A DNA stretch of 64,000 nucleotides, taken from the IMG/VR virus record IMGVR_UViG_3300045988_130745; one strand, written 5' to 3'. Source of the stretch: a virus. The notes beneath the pieces were generated by a model, which was not told where the DNA came from, made no database searches, and saw nothing but the letters and a program-made list of their open reading frames with translations. Shown here one piece after another: positions 21,337 through 29,622 of the stretch (the first letter of the stretch is position 1; every line of letters begins with the position of its first letter). Both the position numbers and the translations under genes were made by a program.

Positions 21337-22644
21337 ATAAAGACTTTTTGTAAGCCCGCAAATACTAATATATGCGATCCAGAGTTTATTTACTGGGCGG
21401 TTTATGATTGTGTTAAGCATAAACTTTATCGTAATGATTTTCTTGATTTATTATGTACTCAAACAGGTATATCTCGCCGCGTAGTGATAAAGGAGCGTTC
21501 ACAATTAAATGAATCAACTCCTATGATTGACGGCGCAATCAAGAAATTATCTGAAAAATGCGCTCAAATGATTGCTGATAACAAACTTAAATTTAGAGAA
21601 CTTCGTCAATTCAATCGAGTTGATGGTATTTCTGGAAAGAAAAGAGATATTTGTCAAGAATCTCCTCTCCAGCAAGTATTTGAATACATCGCGGTTTACG
21701 CACTTCAACCACTTTTTGATGCTAAAATTTTATATTGCCAATTTGGCAGTATCCCAGGTAAGGGACAAGTCAAGGGCGCGCAAAGAATTTCATATATTCT
21801 CAATAGTCCAAAGTTCAAAGACAAACGAGTGGACTGTATTAAATGTGACGTCCGCAAGGCTTATCCATCAACAAAAGTAAGCACTGTTCATAATCTTATC
21901 ACTAAATATTGCGGTAAGAATAAATAGTTAATTGGTTTAGTTGATGCTATCATGGCAAACTACCCTAATCACCATTTAATTATTGGTGGCTACTTTTCCA
22001 CTTGGACATTTAATTTAGTAATGAGTGAAGTTTTGCGTGAGTTTAATAAACTTTATAAAGAGCGCCGTGGACAGCGAATTAAACTGGTCGAAAAAATTGT
22101 TTGCTATGCAGATGATTTTCTCTTGTTTGGATACAAGTCCAATTTGGAGCGTGCGATTAAGACAGTTGCTAAACGTATTAAAGCACAATTTGGTTTAGAA
22201 ATCAAAAATGTCTGGACGATAATTCAATTCCCATCTAAAGAGGTTGAAAACCATCCTCGCTATAAAAATACTTTTATTGATATGATGGGTTTCAGAATTT
22301 ATCGCCATTACCGTGGCATCCGCAAGAAAATTTTTCGCAGAGCGCGTAGACAATTTATCCGTGCAAATCAACTCTCTTATGTACCTGTTTGGAGAGCGCG
22401 AAAAGTTGCGGCATATAATAGCTGGCTTACATATTCTAAAAGTCGTGGAGTAATCCTCAATTATCATATAAATACCCTAATGAATCGTTCGAAGCAATCC
22501 ATATCTAATCATTCTAGGGAGGAATTGACAAGTTATGAAAGAGACTTATTGCTCTATCCCGAAAGCTGTTTTGACTTTCCCCGTTGGCGGAAAAACCGAC
22601 GTTATTTTGAGGAAAAATATCGAAAAAGTCACCAAACAGGGTAA
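21337..22644 (+). CDS. DGR reverse transcriptase
   Basis: ORFs 21484..21927 and 21952..22644 share a frame across TAG 21925. The frame stays open upstream to TAA 21322, and TAAGGAGGG RBS lies at 21321-30, so the start is uncertain (no ATG; ATA 21337 or GTG 21484). Motifs IPGKGQ and VCYADDFLLFG (YxDD). Confidence 0.8.
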
Positions 22645-22888
22645 TTCGGAAGAAGAAACCTATGATGCTTACGAGTGCGACGAAGTTCAATTCCGTTATG
22701 ATGGCGCGCTGACAGTAGAAGAAGTTGAAAATGATTTTGACTCTTGGTGGAATTATCCAGCCAAGGCTTCTATGACTCTTGACGAGCGTGTCTCCGCACT
22801 TGAAAATTCAAAAGCAGATAAATCAGATGTAGAACAAATTTACGATGCTATTGCTGCAGCCTATCAAGAAGGAGTGCAATCAGTATGA
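22535..22888 (+). CDS. hypothetical acidic protein
   Basis: Track ORF with AGGGAGGA RBS. Overlaps the 3' end of the RT frame by ~110 nt. Confidence 0.6.
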   Translation: MKETYCSIPKAVLTFPVGGKTDVILRKNIEKVTKQGNSEEETYDAYECDEVQFRYDGALTVEEVENDFDSWWNYPAKASMTLDERVSALENSKADKSDVEQIYDAIAAAYQEGVQSV

Positions 22889-23322
22889 CAAGTAAAGATT
22901 TTATTTTGAATACTTTCCGCGCGAAAGGCAAAGCAGATGCTCAAGCACTTCAAAAGCAAGCAAAAAATTTAACTGGTACTGAAATTATTGCCAATGAAGG
23001 ATGTATTCCCGAATGGGAACCTAATAAGGATTATTCTTCTTGGTTAGTTGGCGCGCCAGTTAAGTATGACGAACAAGTATGGATTTTATTGGTTCCTCAT
23101 ACTGTTTCAGCAATTTCACCAAAAGAAGATCGTGAAAATTGGTCATTGTGCCATACAACAGATGCCTTCGCTGCAAAGAAATGGGTAGCTCCTGTTGGCA
23201 GCTATGGACACTACATGAAAGATGAAGTTTACGTTGATGATAATGGCTTCATCTGGAAATGCTTACAAGATGACACAATTCTTTCTGCGGCCGACTATGC
23301 TGATGCTTGGATTGAAGTTTGA
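22885..23322 (+). CDS. hypothetical protein, possible carbohydrate-binding repeats
   Basis: Track ORF with ATGA overlap. Two W/Y-rich segments (WEPNKDYSSWLVGAPVKYDEQVW; FIWKCLQDD..ADYADAW) resemble CBM5/12-type motifs. Confidence 0.55.
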   Translation: MTSKDFILNTFRAKGKADAQALQKQAKNLTGTEIIANEGCIPEWEPNKDYSSWLVGAPVKYDEQVWILLVPHTVSAISPKEDRENWSLCHTTDAFAAKKWVAPVGSYGHYMKDEVYVDDNGFIWKCLQDDTILSAADYADAWIEV

Positions 23323-23330
23323 CATATATT

Positions 23331-23359
23331 GGGTTGGAAGAAATTCCAGCCCATTTTTT
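23331..23359 (+). terminator. Rho-independent terminator ending the structural block
   Basis: GGGTTGGA/TCCAGCCC stem followed by ATTTTTT. Confidence 0.7.
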
Positions 23360-23362
23360 GTA

Positions 23363-23391
23363 TTGACTCCCGCACAAAGATATGATATAAT
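23363..23391 (+). promoter_or_regulatory. conserved promoter module P1
   Basis: TTGACT 23363-68, 17-nt spacer, TGA-extended TATAAT 23386-91, then ATTTATAGAAAGT. Confidence 0.75.
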
Positions 23392-23418
23392 ATTTATAGA
23401 AAGTTAAGGAGAATGATT

Positions 23419-23718
23419 ATGACAAAGTTTAAAATTTATGCTGGTTTGAAGCGCCCTTATGCGCCATTGCATTTAGTTGATGAAAAAGAATTTTTGACTA
23501 ATCGAGAAGCAAAATGGTATGCTCGTGAGTGCGCGAGAAAGATTTATCGCGATCATGAACCTTATGATTCTGCTCTTGTGACTAAAGAAGAAATTCGTGA
23601 GCATCCAACTGATTTTGGCATTTATCCTTTGGAAGAGGAAGATTTCTTTGAGTCCGATGTTGAGCTTGAGTATCTTCACGCAATGGATAATTGGTTGCTT
23701 TTTGATGTGGAATTTTAA
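23419..23718 (+). CDS. hypothetical protein
   Basis: ATG 23419 lies 7 nt after AAGGAG, inside track ORF 23413..23718. Confidence 0.65.
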   Translation: MTKFKIYAGLKRPYAPLHLVDEKEFLTNREAKWYARECARKIYRDHEPYDSALVTKEEIREHPTDFGIYPLEEEDFFESDVELEYLHAMDNWLLFDVEF

Positions 23719-23727
23719 TTATTCCTA

Positions 23728-23756
23728 TTGACTTTTTAAGATATATATGATATAAT
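23728..23756 (+). promoter_or_regulatory. conserved promoter module P2
   Basis: TTGACT 23728-33, 17 nt, TGA TATAAT 23751-56, then ATATATAGAAAAT. Confidence 0.75.
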
Positions 23757-23789
23757 ATATATAGAAAATCAAGAGAGGAAGAATGAGTA

Positions 23790-24098
23790 TTGGGTTTTGA
23801 TTTTGTTATCTACGATTATGAGAATCAAAAAACTATTTGTCATGTTGAAGGGTACGATATATCCGATATTAAAGAAATTTTTATTTGGATTGTAGCTGGT
23901 GATGAAACTGGCAGTCTAACAATGCAAGATGGCACTGTTTATGATTTTGATGCCTCGGATAATCGTTTTGCAGATTTTAATGATGGCTCCTATACTGTTG
24001 AAGGGAAGGAAAACATCGAGAAGTGGCTTAATTTTCAACCGACTGAAAAGGAGTCTCATCTCACTTTTTCTTATGTGCGCCAAGGGAAATGGGGTTAA
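23790..24098 (+). CDS. hypothetical protein
   Basis: Track ORF with TTG start after AGAGGAAG. Confidence 0.55.
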   Translation: MGFDFVIYDYENQKTICHVEGYDISDIKEIFIWIVAGDETGSLTMQDGTVYDFDASDNRFADFNDGSYTVEGKENIEKWLNFQPTEKESHLTFSYVRQGKWG

Positions 24099-24307
24099 TA
24101 TCAATGTGGCTTGTTCGTTATAAAGCAAAAGCAGATACTAGCTGGGCGACTTTCATTTCCAATGCCGCTTTGATGAATTTTGCTGCACAGGATTTTATTG
24201 ATTACTGGTTTAAACGGCATGATAAAATTCCGCCGCAGATTAAAGATTTTCACGAAGCTCGAAAAATTATGTGGAATGAAGGTATAGATTTTTATATTAC
24301 CTTGTAA
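24089..24307 (+). CDS. hypothetical protein
   Basis: Track ORF. Alternative start is ATG 24104. Confidence 0.55.
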   Translation: MGLISMWLVRYKAKADTSWATFISNAALMNFAAQDFIDYWFKRHDKIPPQIKDFHEARKIMWNEGIDFYITL

Positions 24308-24322
24308 GAAAGGAAGATTATT

Positions 24323-24772
24323 TTGATTGTTTCTGAGATTGAAATGAATATGAAAGCCGCGCTGAAACAGGATAGAATGGAAGATAAGAATGATTATTCT
24401 TATCTTTTATCTCGCTTTCGCGCGAAAGAAGTTGAGCTTCGCCGTGAATTGACTAATGACGAAGCTATCGACGTTATCCGCAAGGAAGTCAAACAGATGC
24501 AGAAAGATTATGACGCAATGTCTGGCGATTTGCTCAACACTCATTATGCTAAGGGCTTGAAGCGTCAGATTGACCTTTATTCCATCTACTTGCCTAAAAT
24601 GATGTCTTATGATGAGGTTTTGGATTATCTGCGTGGAATGGATGCTGAGTGTATGCTCCCAACTGCTTTTGGCGCAGCGATGAAAGCTGTTCGCGCGGAG
24701 ATTGGCGCAAAAGCAGATGGTAAGACCATCTCTCAGGCGTTGAAAAATTATATGGCTCAGGAGAAAAAGTAA
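24323..24772 (+). CDS. GatB/YqeY-domain protein
   Basis: Track ORF. The pattern KAALKQD...LSRFRAKEVEL..LTNDEAIDVIRKEVKQMQKDYD...IYLPKMMSYDEV matches the YqeY/GatB C-terminal domain layout. Confidence 0.6.
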   Translation: MIVSEIEMNMKAALKQDRMEDKNDYSYLLSRFRAKEVELRRELTNDEAIDVIRKEVKQMQKDYDAMSGDLLNTHYAKGLKRQIDLYSIYLPKMMSYDEVLDYLRGMDAECMLPTAFGAAMKAVRAEIGAKADGKTISQALKNYMAQEKK

Positions 24773-25075
24773 ATGAAGATTTTTAGAATGAAACGTGGAG
24801 AAGGCAAAACCTCTCGTCTGATCGAGGAGAGCGCAAATTCTGGCGTTCCTATTTTTGCTATTGATGACCATCGGCGACGTATTCTGATGGAAAAGGCAAA
24901 TGTGATGGGTTATAAGATTCCTTCGCCTGTTACTTTTGATGACCTTGCTGCGGATAAGACAATTGAAAAAATCATTGTAGACGATGCAGAATATACTTTG
25001 CCTGCTATCATTGAGTATTTCCTTGGTATCCACATTACAGCCGAAGCTTTTTCTACTAACACTCTTGAAGATTAA
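24773..25075 (+). CDS. hypothetical protein
   Basis: Track ORF starting directly after the upstream stop. Confidence 0.6.
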   Translation: MKIFRMKRGEGKTSRLIEESANSGVPIFAIDDHRRRILMEKANVMGYKIPSPVTFDDLAADKTIEKIIVDDAEYTLPAIIEYFLGIHITAEAFSTNTLED

Positions 25076-25104
25076 TTGACTTTAGAACGATTTTATGCTA
25101 TAAT
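25076..25104 (+). promoter_or_regulatory. conserved promoter module P3
   Basis: TTGACT 25076-81, 17 nt, TGC TATAAT 25099-25104, then ATTTATAGAAAGT. Confidence 0.75.
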
Positions 25105-25137
25105 ATTTATAGAAAGTTAAGAAAGGATATTTAAATT

Positions 25138-25668
25138 ATGACTAAGTTTATTCCTGCTGTTCCTCGTTTGACCGCTAAGCGTGACGGCGACATCGCTTAT
25201 CACAAGCCGAGTTTTTCGTATTACATTGACCGAGATAAAACTGGATGTATCAATGGTCAGCTGTATCATGGCGTCGTAGTCGCTAAGCTGAGTGGCGGTG
25301 TTCGCGATCTGGTAAATATTTGGACTAAGCGTGACGCTTTTAGGATTTGTGAGCTAGGGGAGATTGCCTCTCTACTCCATGTTAATTCCGACCTTGGTCC
25401 TGCTTATTGCGTGTTTGAGGGCAAGGCTTACTGTTCGGTTGATGATAAGTGGGACGAGAACGAGGGTATGAAGATTGCTCGTCGCAAGGCTTGGACTCAG
25501 TATTACCATGCTCTGGCAAATTATACCTATGATTATCAGAAGCGTGTCGCTGCGCTGTATGAGCAGATTACCAAGTATGCTGATTTTGCGGTAAAGCGCA
25601 GTTGCGAGCTAGATATGGAGAATACTGAAGTCCAGAAGATGCTTGAAGGAATGTCGGAAACTGTTTAA
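25138..25668 (+). CDS. hypothetical protein
   Basis: Track ORF downstream of P3 with a GAAAGGA RBS region. Confidence 0.65.
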   Translation: MTKFIPAVPRLTAKRDGDIAYHKPSFSYYIDRDKTGCINGQLYHGVVVAKLSGGVRDLVNIWTKRDAFRICELGEIASLLHVNSDLGPAYCVFEGKAYCSVDDKWDENEGMKIARRKAWTQYYHALANYTYDYQKRVAALYEQITKYADFAVKRSCELDMENTEVQKMLEGMSETV

Positions 25669-25697
25669 TTGACTTTTTCTAAAAATTGTGATATAAT
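25669..25697 (+). promoter_or_regulatory. conserved promoter module P4 (drives tRNA island 1)
   Basis: TTGACT 25669-74, 17 nt, TGA TATAAT 25692-97, then ATTTATAGAGT. Confidence 0.7.
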
Positions 25698-25778
25698 ATT
25701 TATAGAGTTTGGGAATTGATTCCTACTCTTTTTATACATACCTCTTTCTTTTAGGGAGAAGCAATTCTCCCTTTATAT

Positions 25779-25862
25779 GCGACTGTGGCCCAGTGGACAA
25801 AGGCGGGTGCCTGCAAAGCACTTAATTTTTTATCGTTGGTTCAAATCCAACCAGTCGCTCCA
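25779..25862 (+). tRNA. tRNA, anticodon read as GCA (Cys), unusually long variable region
   Basis: Acceptor GCGACTG/CAGTCGC, anticodon arm GGTGC-CTGCAAA-GCACT, T arm GTTGG-TTCAAAT-CCAAC, encoded CCA. 12-13 nt lie between the anticodon and T arms. Confidence 0.6.
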
Positions 25863-25874
25863 AGGAGTTTTGCT

Positions 25875-26651
25875 ATGAAAGATGTAATAGGAATTTATAA
25901 AATCACAAATTAGATTTCTGGGAAAGTCTATATCGGGTAGTCTAGGCATATCCATAAAAGATGGCAGGAACATTGTTAGCCTTCTTCAGATTCAGTTATT
26001 TCAAGAGCTATTAAAAAGTACGGTCAAGAAAATTTTACTTTCGAAATAATTGAAGAATGCCCGTTAGAATCGTTAAATGAGAGAGAAGAATTTTATATTA
26101 AAAAATATAATTCTTGTGTACCTAATGGCTATAATGTTATGTCTTCTTCAAATGGAATCTAGTCTAAATTCTTTCTTTTAGAAGAAAAGCAACTAGATAA
26201 AGTAATTTAGTTTTTACAAGCTGATGATAAAACCTATTCTCAGATTGCTGATTTAACTGGTTTAGATATTTCTACTATTTCAAGAATTAATAATGGCGAA
26301 ATTCATTATAATGAGAATCTTTCTTATCCTATTTCAAAGAGAGATGCTGGTAAATGGTTAAAAGTAAATCATTATTGCATTGATTGCGGTACACCCATTT
26401 GTCGATAGGCGATCCGTTGTAAAAAATGTAATGTTATATTTTTAACTAAAAATAAAATTTCTAGTCCAAGACTTGAATGTCCAGCAAGAGAAATTTTAAA
26501 ACAGGAAGTATTTTCTTTACCTTTAGAAGCGGTTGGAAGAAAATATGGAGTAACTGGTAGTGCAGTTAAAAAATGGTTGGGAAAATATAATTTGCCAACT
26601 CGGAAAAGTGATATTTCATCTTATTCAAAAGAAGAATGGGATAAATTATAA
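25875..26651 (+). CDS. GIY-YIG homing endonuclease (free-standing, in tRNA island)
   Basis: ATG 25875 to TAA 26649-51 with 6 in-frame TAGs, checked codon by codon. GIYKITN(TAG)ISGKVYIG(TAG)S..KRWQEH, C-terminal Cys4 and HTH-like region. Confidence 0.8.
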
Positions 26652-26810
26652 TATGCAGTTAGTGAGTTTGACTCTCACCCGCTGCTCCAGAACGGAGTTC
26701 CCTATTAGATTTCCAATGGGAATTGAGCTTCACGGTTTGATTGAGTTAGTCCGTCGTCCTCAGTATTGAATAGGCAATCAAGAGGAGAAGATACGAAAAT
26801 TCTTCATTAT

Positions 26811-26886
26811 GCGCGAGTAGTCGAACGGCATAGACACTACGCTAAGGACGTAGGATTTGTGGGTTCAAATCCCACCTTGCGCACCA
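26811..26886 (+). tRNA. tRNA, anticodon read as AAG, class I structure
   Basis: 73-nt cloverleaf plus CCA. Perfect anticodon stem CTACG/CGTAG with loop CTAAGGA (A34 A35 G36, G37). T arm GTGGG-TTCAAAT-CCCAC. 5-nt variable loop. Confidence 0.6.
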
Positions 26887-26904
26887 ATAGGAAGGAGAGT
26901 TATT

Positions 26905-27135
26905 ATGGGCAAATTGAAGACGACCAAGATGGTTTATGGTCGAGCAATGGTTGGAACTGATGCTTACAAAAAGAATTTGTCTAGTAAGCGCTCAAGGCGT
27001 AGTGATCAGAAGAGAAAACAAAACTATTGTTCAGCCGCGATTAAAACCAATCTGACTTGGGAACAGAAACTAATTCGATGGTTTGAAAAAATTGAGCGCT
27101 GGTTTTTAGATTATTTTGAAAGGTTTTTTAATTGA
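26905..27135 (+). CDS. small basic hypothetical protein
   Basis: ATG 26905 after AGGAAGGAG, inside track ORF 26857..27135 whose 5' part overlaps the tRNA. Confidence 0.6.
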   Translation: MGKLKTTKMVYGRAMVGTDAYKKNLSSKRSRRSDQKRKQNYCSAAIKTNLTWEQKLIRWFEKIERWFLDYFERFFN

Positions 27136-27425
27136 TGAAAATTTTGACTGCGCCAGTTGTTAGTTATGAAGTTCTTCAAGATGATTTGATTCATGCCAAC
27201 ATTATTAAAAGAGAAGATGTTGATAATGATTATTCATACGTCCTTGGTTTGCTTTTTGCTGATAATTGGAGTTACGATTGCTATTTGAAACTTTATCTAA
27301 ATGGCAAACCCATTCCAGAGAATCTTGATATAAGCGCAACTGCTTATCTGAAGAAGTGCAATGAGATTTATACTTATTTACGCGAGAAGGCTCCGGGTTA
27401 TGATTTTATTTTGATTGAGACTTAA
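27132..27425 (+). CDS. hypothetical protein
   Basis: Track ORF with 4-nt overlap. Confidence 0.6.
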   Translation: MMKILTAPVVSYEVLQDDLIHANIIKREDVDNDYSYVLGLLFADNWSYDCYLKLYLNGKPIPENLDISATAYLKKCNEIYTYLREKAPGYDFILIET

Positions 27426-27451
27426 AATCTATAAAAAAGTGGGATGAAGTA

Positions 27452-27685
27452 ATGGAACAGACTATATTCTATGAGACAGGTTGGTATGAACCTGAGATTT
27501 TGGGGTCTGGCGGTTCCTATACCGGAGTTGCAAAAACGACTTCTGAGGAGGAAGCGTTACAACGGTTGTTGAAATATTCTGCCAATTATGCATATCGTAT
27601 TACTGTATATAAAAAAGATGGCAAAATCATAAAGCGGGAAATTGCCGAGTATGATCAATGGGAAAAGAGATGGAGAGCAACCTGA
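27452..27685 (+). CDS. hypothetical protein
   Basis: Track ORF. Confidence 0.6.
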   Translation: MEQTIFYETGWYEPEILGSGGSYTGVAKTTSEEEALQRLLKYSANYAYRITVYKKDGKIIKREIAEYDQWEKRWRAT

Positions 27686-27785
27686 TGAAGTAGAAATTTA
27701 TACTGAGTAACGGAGCAATCCATAGAAATTAAAAGTCTTGAAATTTATAATCACTTGTGCGAGAAGGCTTAAAGAAAGGATTAAA

Positions 27786-28196
27786 ATGAGTAAGAGGAAA
27801 AAGAATACTCCTGTAAGTGATTGGGTTTATGATGATTTGATGAATTATTTTGAGTTCTGTTTTGGTGGCGCTCATGTATTTCGTTCAAATAAAGCGAAGA
27901 AGTATCTTTTTGAAATTCTTACTCACGATTCTAACTGGACTGTTGAAAATGTGCATAATGAATATTATGTTCTTTATCATAATCCAGTTTATCAACCTCG
28001 CGCGAAGATTCATGTTCAAGCAAAAGATACCAATTTGATTTGGCTTTTGTGGATTGCATATACGCATGATTTCTACAAGTATAACAAACTTCCTTTTGAA
28101 AAAGGAAAAGGCAAAGATTATTGGCGTTTCGTTGAAGATTTTAAACACTATCTTACTTATAAAGGTCTTCATTGGACAGAAGATGATTTTCAATGA
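27786..28196 (+). CDS. hypothetical protein
   Basis: ATG 27786 (MSKRKKNTP) after AAAGGA, inside track ORF 27738..28196. Confidence 0.6.
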   Translation: MSKRKKNTPVSDWVYDDLMNYFEFCFGGAHVFRSNKAKKYLFEILTHDSNWTVENVHNEYYVLYHNPVYQPRAKIHVQAKDTNLIWLLWIAYTHDFYKYNKLPFEKGKGKDYWRFVEDFKHYLTYKGLHWTEDDFQ

Positions 28197-28197
28197 T

Positions 28198-28226
28198 TTG
28201 ACTTTTGATAGATAATATGCTATAAT
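28198..28226 (+). promoter_or_regulatory. conserved promoter module P5
   Basis: TTGACT 28198-203, 17 nt, TGC TATAAT 28221-26, then ATTTATAGAAAAT. No ORF follows before P6. Confidence 0.7.
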
Positions 28227-28384
28227 ATTTATAGAAAATGAGATTCATTCGTAGATAAGAATTAAAAATCGCTAAAGACAATAATGTTGCTCTAATGTGG
28301 GAACGTGAAGGCTACGACATATCCGATACTGTTAAACGAAATCCCTATGAGCTTGCGTGAGATTGAAACTGCTCACCGAATGAA

Positions 28385-28413
28385 TTGACTTTTTATGATT
28401 TCTATGATATAAT
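28385..28413 (+). promoter_or_regulatory. conserved promoter module P6
   Basis: TTGACT 28385-90, 17 nt, TGA TATAAT 28408-13, then ATATATAGAAAAT. Leads to tRNA-Asn. Confidence 0.7.
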
Positions 28414-28598
28414 ATATATAGAAAATGAAAGACAGAAGCAGCAAAATACTTACAATCAGAACTTAAAATTCTAATATTGGTAAGAAGCTGTCTTGATATG
28501 GGATGAAATGAGATTCTAAGACGATTTCTGCAAAACTTTTGATGTTTTAACAATATGGATGATAAAACAAAATGAAAAATCGTCTTGATTTTTATTAT

Positions 28599-28673
28599 GG
28601 ATGGTTCGTACAACGGCTAGTACAAGAGACTGTTAATCTCCTAATGGGGTTTCGACTACCTCACCGTCCGCCA
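28599..28673 (+). tRNA. tRNA-Asn (GUU)
   Basis: Acceptor GGATGGT/ACCGTCC, D arm GTAC-AACGGCTA-GTAC, anticodon loop CTGTTAA, T arm GGGGT-TTCGACT-ACCTC, encoded CCA. Confidence 0.8.
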
Positions 28674-28796
28674 AGAGCGTTGATGGGACGCTTCTTAATA
28701 TCCCATTGCCAATAGGGGAGCATTAACGACGGTTAATGAGATTAAGGTGCCTCCACACCGGCCTTATATTTTATTTATTCTGGAGGAGAATAAATT

Positions 28797-29543
28797 ATGC
28801 ATAATCCTATTTGTGGTATTTATAAAATTACTAATTTGATTAATGGAAAATGTTACATCGGTTAGAGTGTGAATATCAAACAAAGATGGAGAGATCATCG
28901 TTCAAGGGCCATATCCAAAGGTTCAGAAGGGTTTGAGAGTTATTTTTATCGTTCTATTAGAAAATATGGACTAGAGAATTTTTCTTTTGAAATCTTGGAA
29001 GAATGTCCTAAAGAATAGTTAAATGAAAAAGAGCAATTTTATATTGCAAAGTATCATTCAAATCAAGAAAGTTTTGGTTACAATTTAACTGAAGGCGGCG
29101 ATTCTGTAGGAGGAAAAGCAAAGAAACTTTCTGATAAAGAGTTGCAAAGCATAATTTATGATTTGAAGAATACGTTGTTATCATAGGCTGAAATTGGGTA
29201 GAAATACCATATTGCTTAGACTACAGTTAGTGGTATTAATCGAGGAGAATTTCGTTATTAGGACAATGAAATTTATCCATTAAGGACAAGAAATGTTTTA
29301 AAAGAACGTGGTTTTGTTGATGGCTATAAGACTTGCCCAATTTGCGGAAAGAAATTTCAAGGCAAAGCTAAAACTTGTTCGATTGAATGTGGTAAAATTC
29401 GTGTAAGAAAAATAAAAGTAATTCCTAAACGAAGTGCTTTAAAATATCTAATTCGTAATTATTCATTTGAATGGATTGGTCATCAATTCGGAGTAAGTAG
29501 TAACACAATAAAGAAATATTGTGATAAAGCTAATTTACCTTGA
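28797..29543 (+). CDS. GIY-YIG homing endonuclease, paralog of 25875..26651, ends at an in-frame TGA
   Basis: ATG 28797 (RBS GGAGGAG). GIYKITNLINGKCYIG(TAG)S..QRWRDH. 6 in-frame TAGs. TGA at 29541-43, but the same frame continues with conserved ...SYSDGEWEKV to TAA 29592-94. Confidence 0.75.
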
Positions 29544-29622
29544 ACAAAGACTTTAATCAATTCTTATTCAGATGGAGAATGGGAAAAGGTTTAAAATTCT
29601 GCCAGGTAACTGGCATTTATAT

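Larger units (their letters stand above)
20489..22644 (+). mobile_element. diversity-generating retroelement cassette (VR - spacer - TR - RT)
   Basis: Combination of adenine-specific VR/TR divergence and an adjacent YADD reverse transcriptase. Confidence 0.85.

Noticed and set aside
20673-22644. Considered a group II intron (GTGCG at 20673 plus a downstream RT).
   Set aside because: The adenine-specific VR/TR pair explains the RT. I recognised no domain V/VI-like sequence, and the RT lacks an obvious maturase/En tail.
22535-22888. Considered 22535..22888 as the DGR accessory protein Avd because of its size (117 aa) and position next to the RT.
   Set aside because: The protein is strongly acidic (many D/E) and shows no obvious four-helix, basic character. 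I kept it as hypothetical.
24407-25033. Long antisense track ORFs: 24407..25033(-), 44162..44686(-), 47706..48299(-), 48479..48973(-), 49602..50189(-), 35369..35716(-), 33183..33515(-).
   Set aside because: Each lies entirely opposite a well-supported plus-strand gene (YqeY, RtcB, RNA ligase and others). They lack RBSs and have low-complexity, Ile/Asn/Phe-rich translations typical of shadow ORFs in AT-rich DNA.
26560-26960. Track ORFs overlapping tRNA genes or spacers: 26560..26769, 26766..26960, 29730..30005, 30135..30377, 30712..31143(-), 31087..31278, 43063..43302.
   Set aside because: They run through cloverleaf tRNA sequences or hairpin-dense spacers and have no RBS. 26560..26769 is out of frame with the GIY-YIG gene, which accounts for that DNA.
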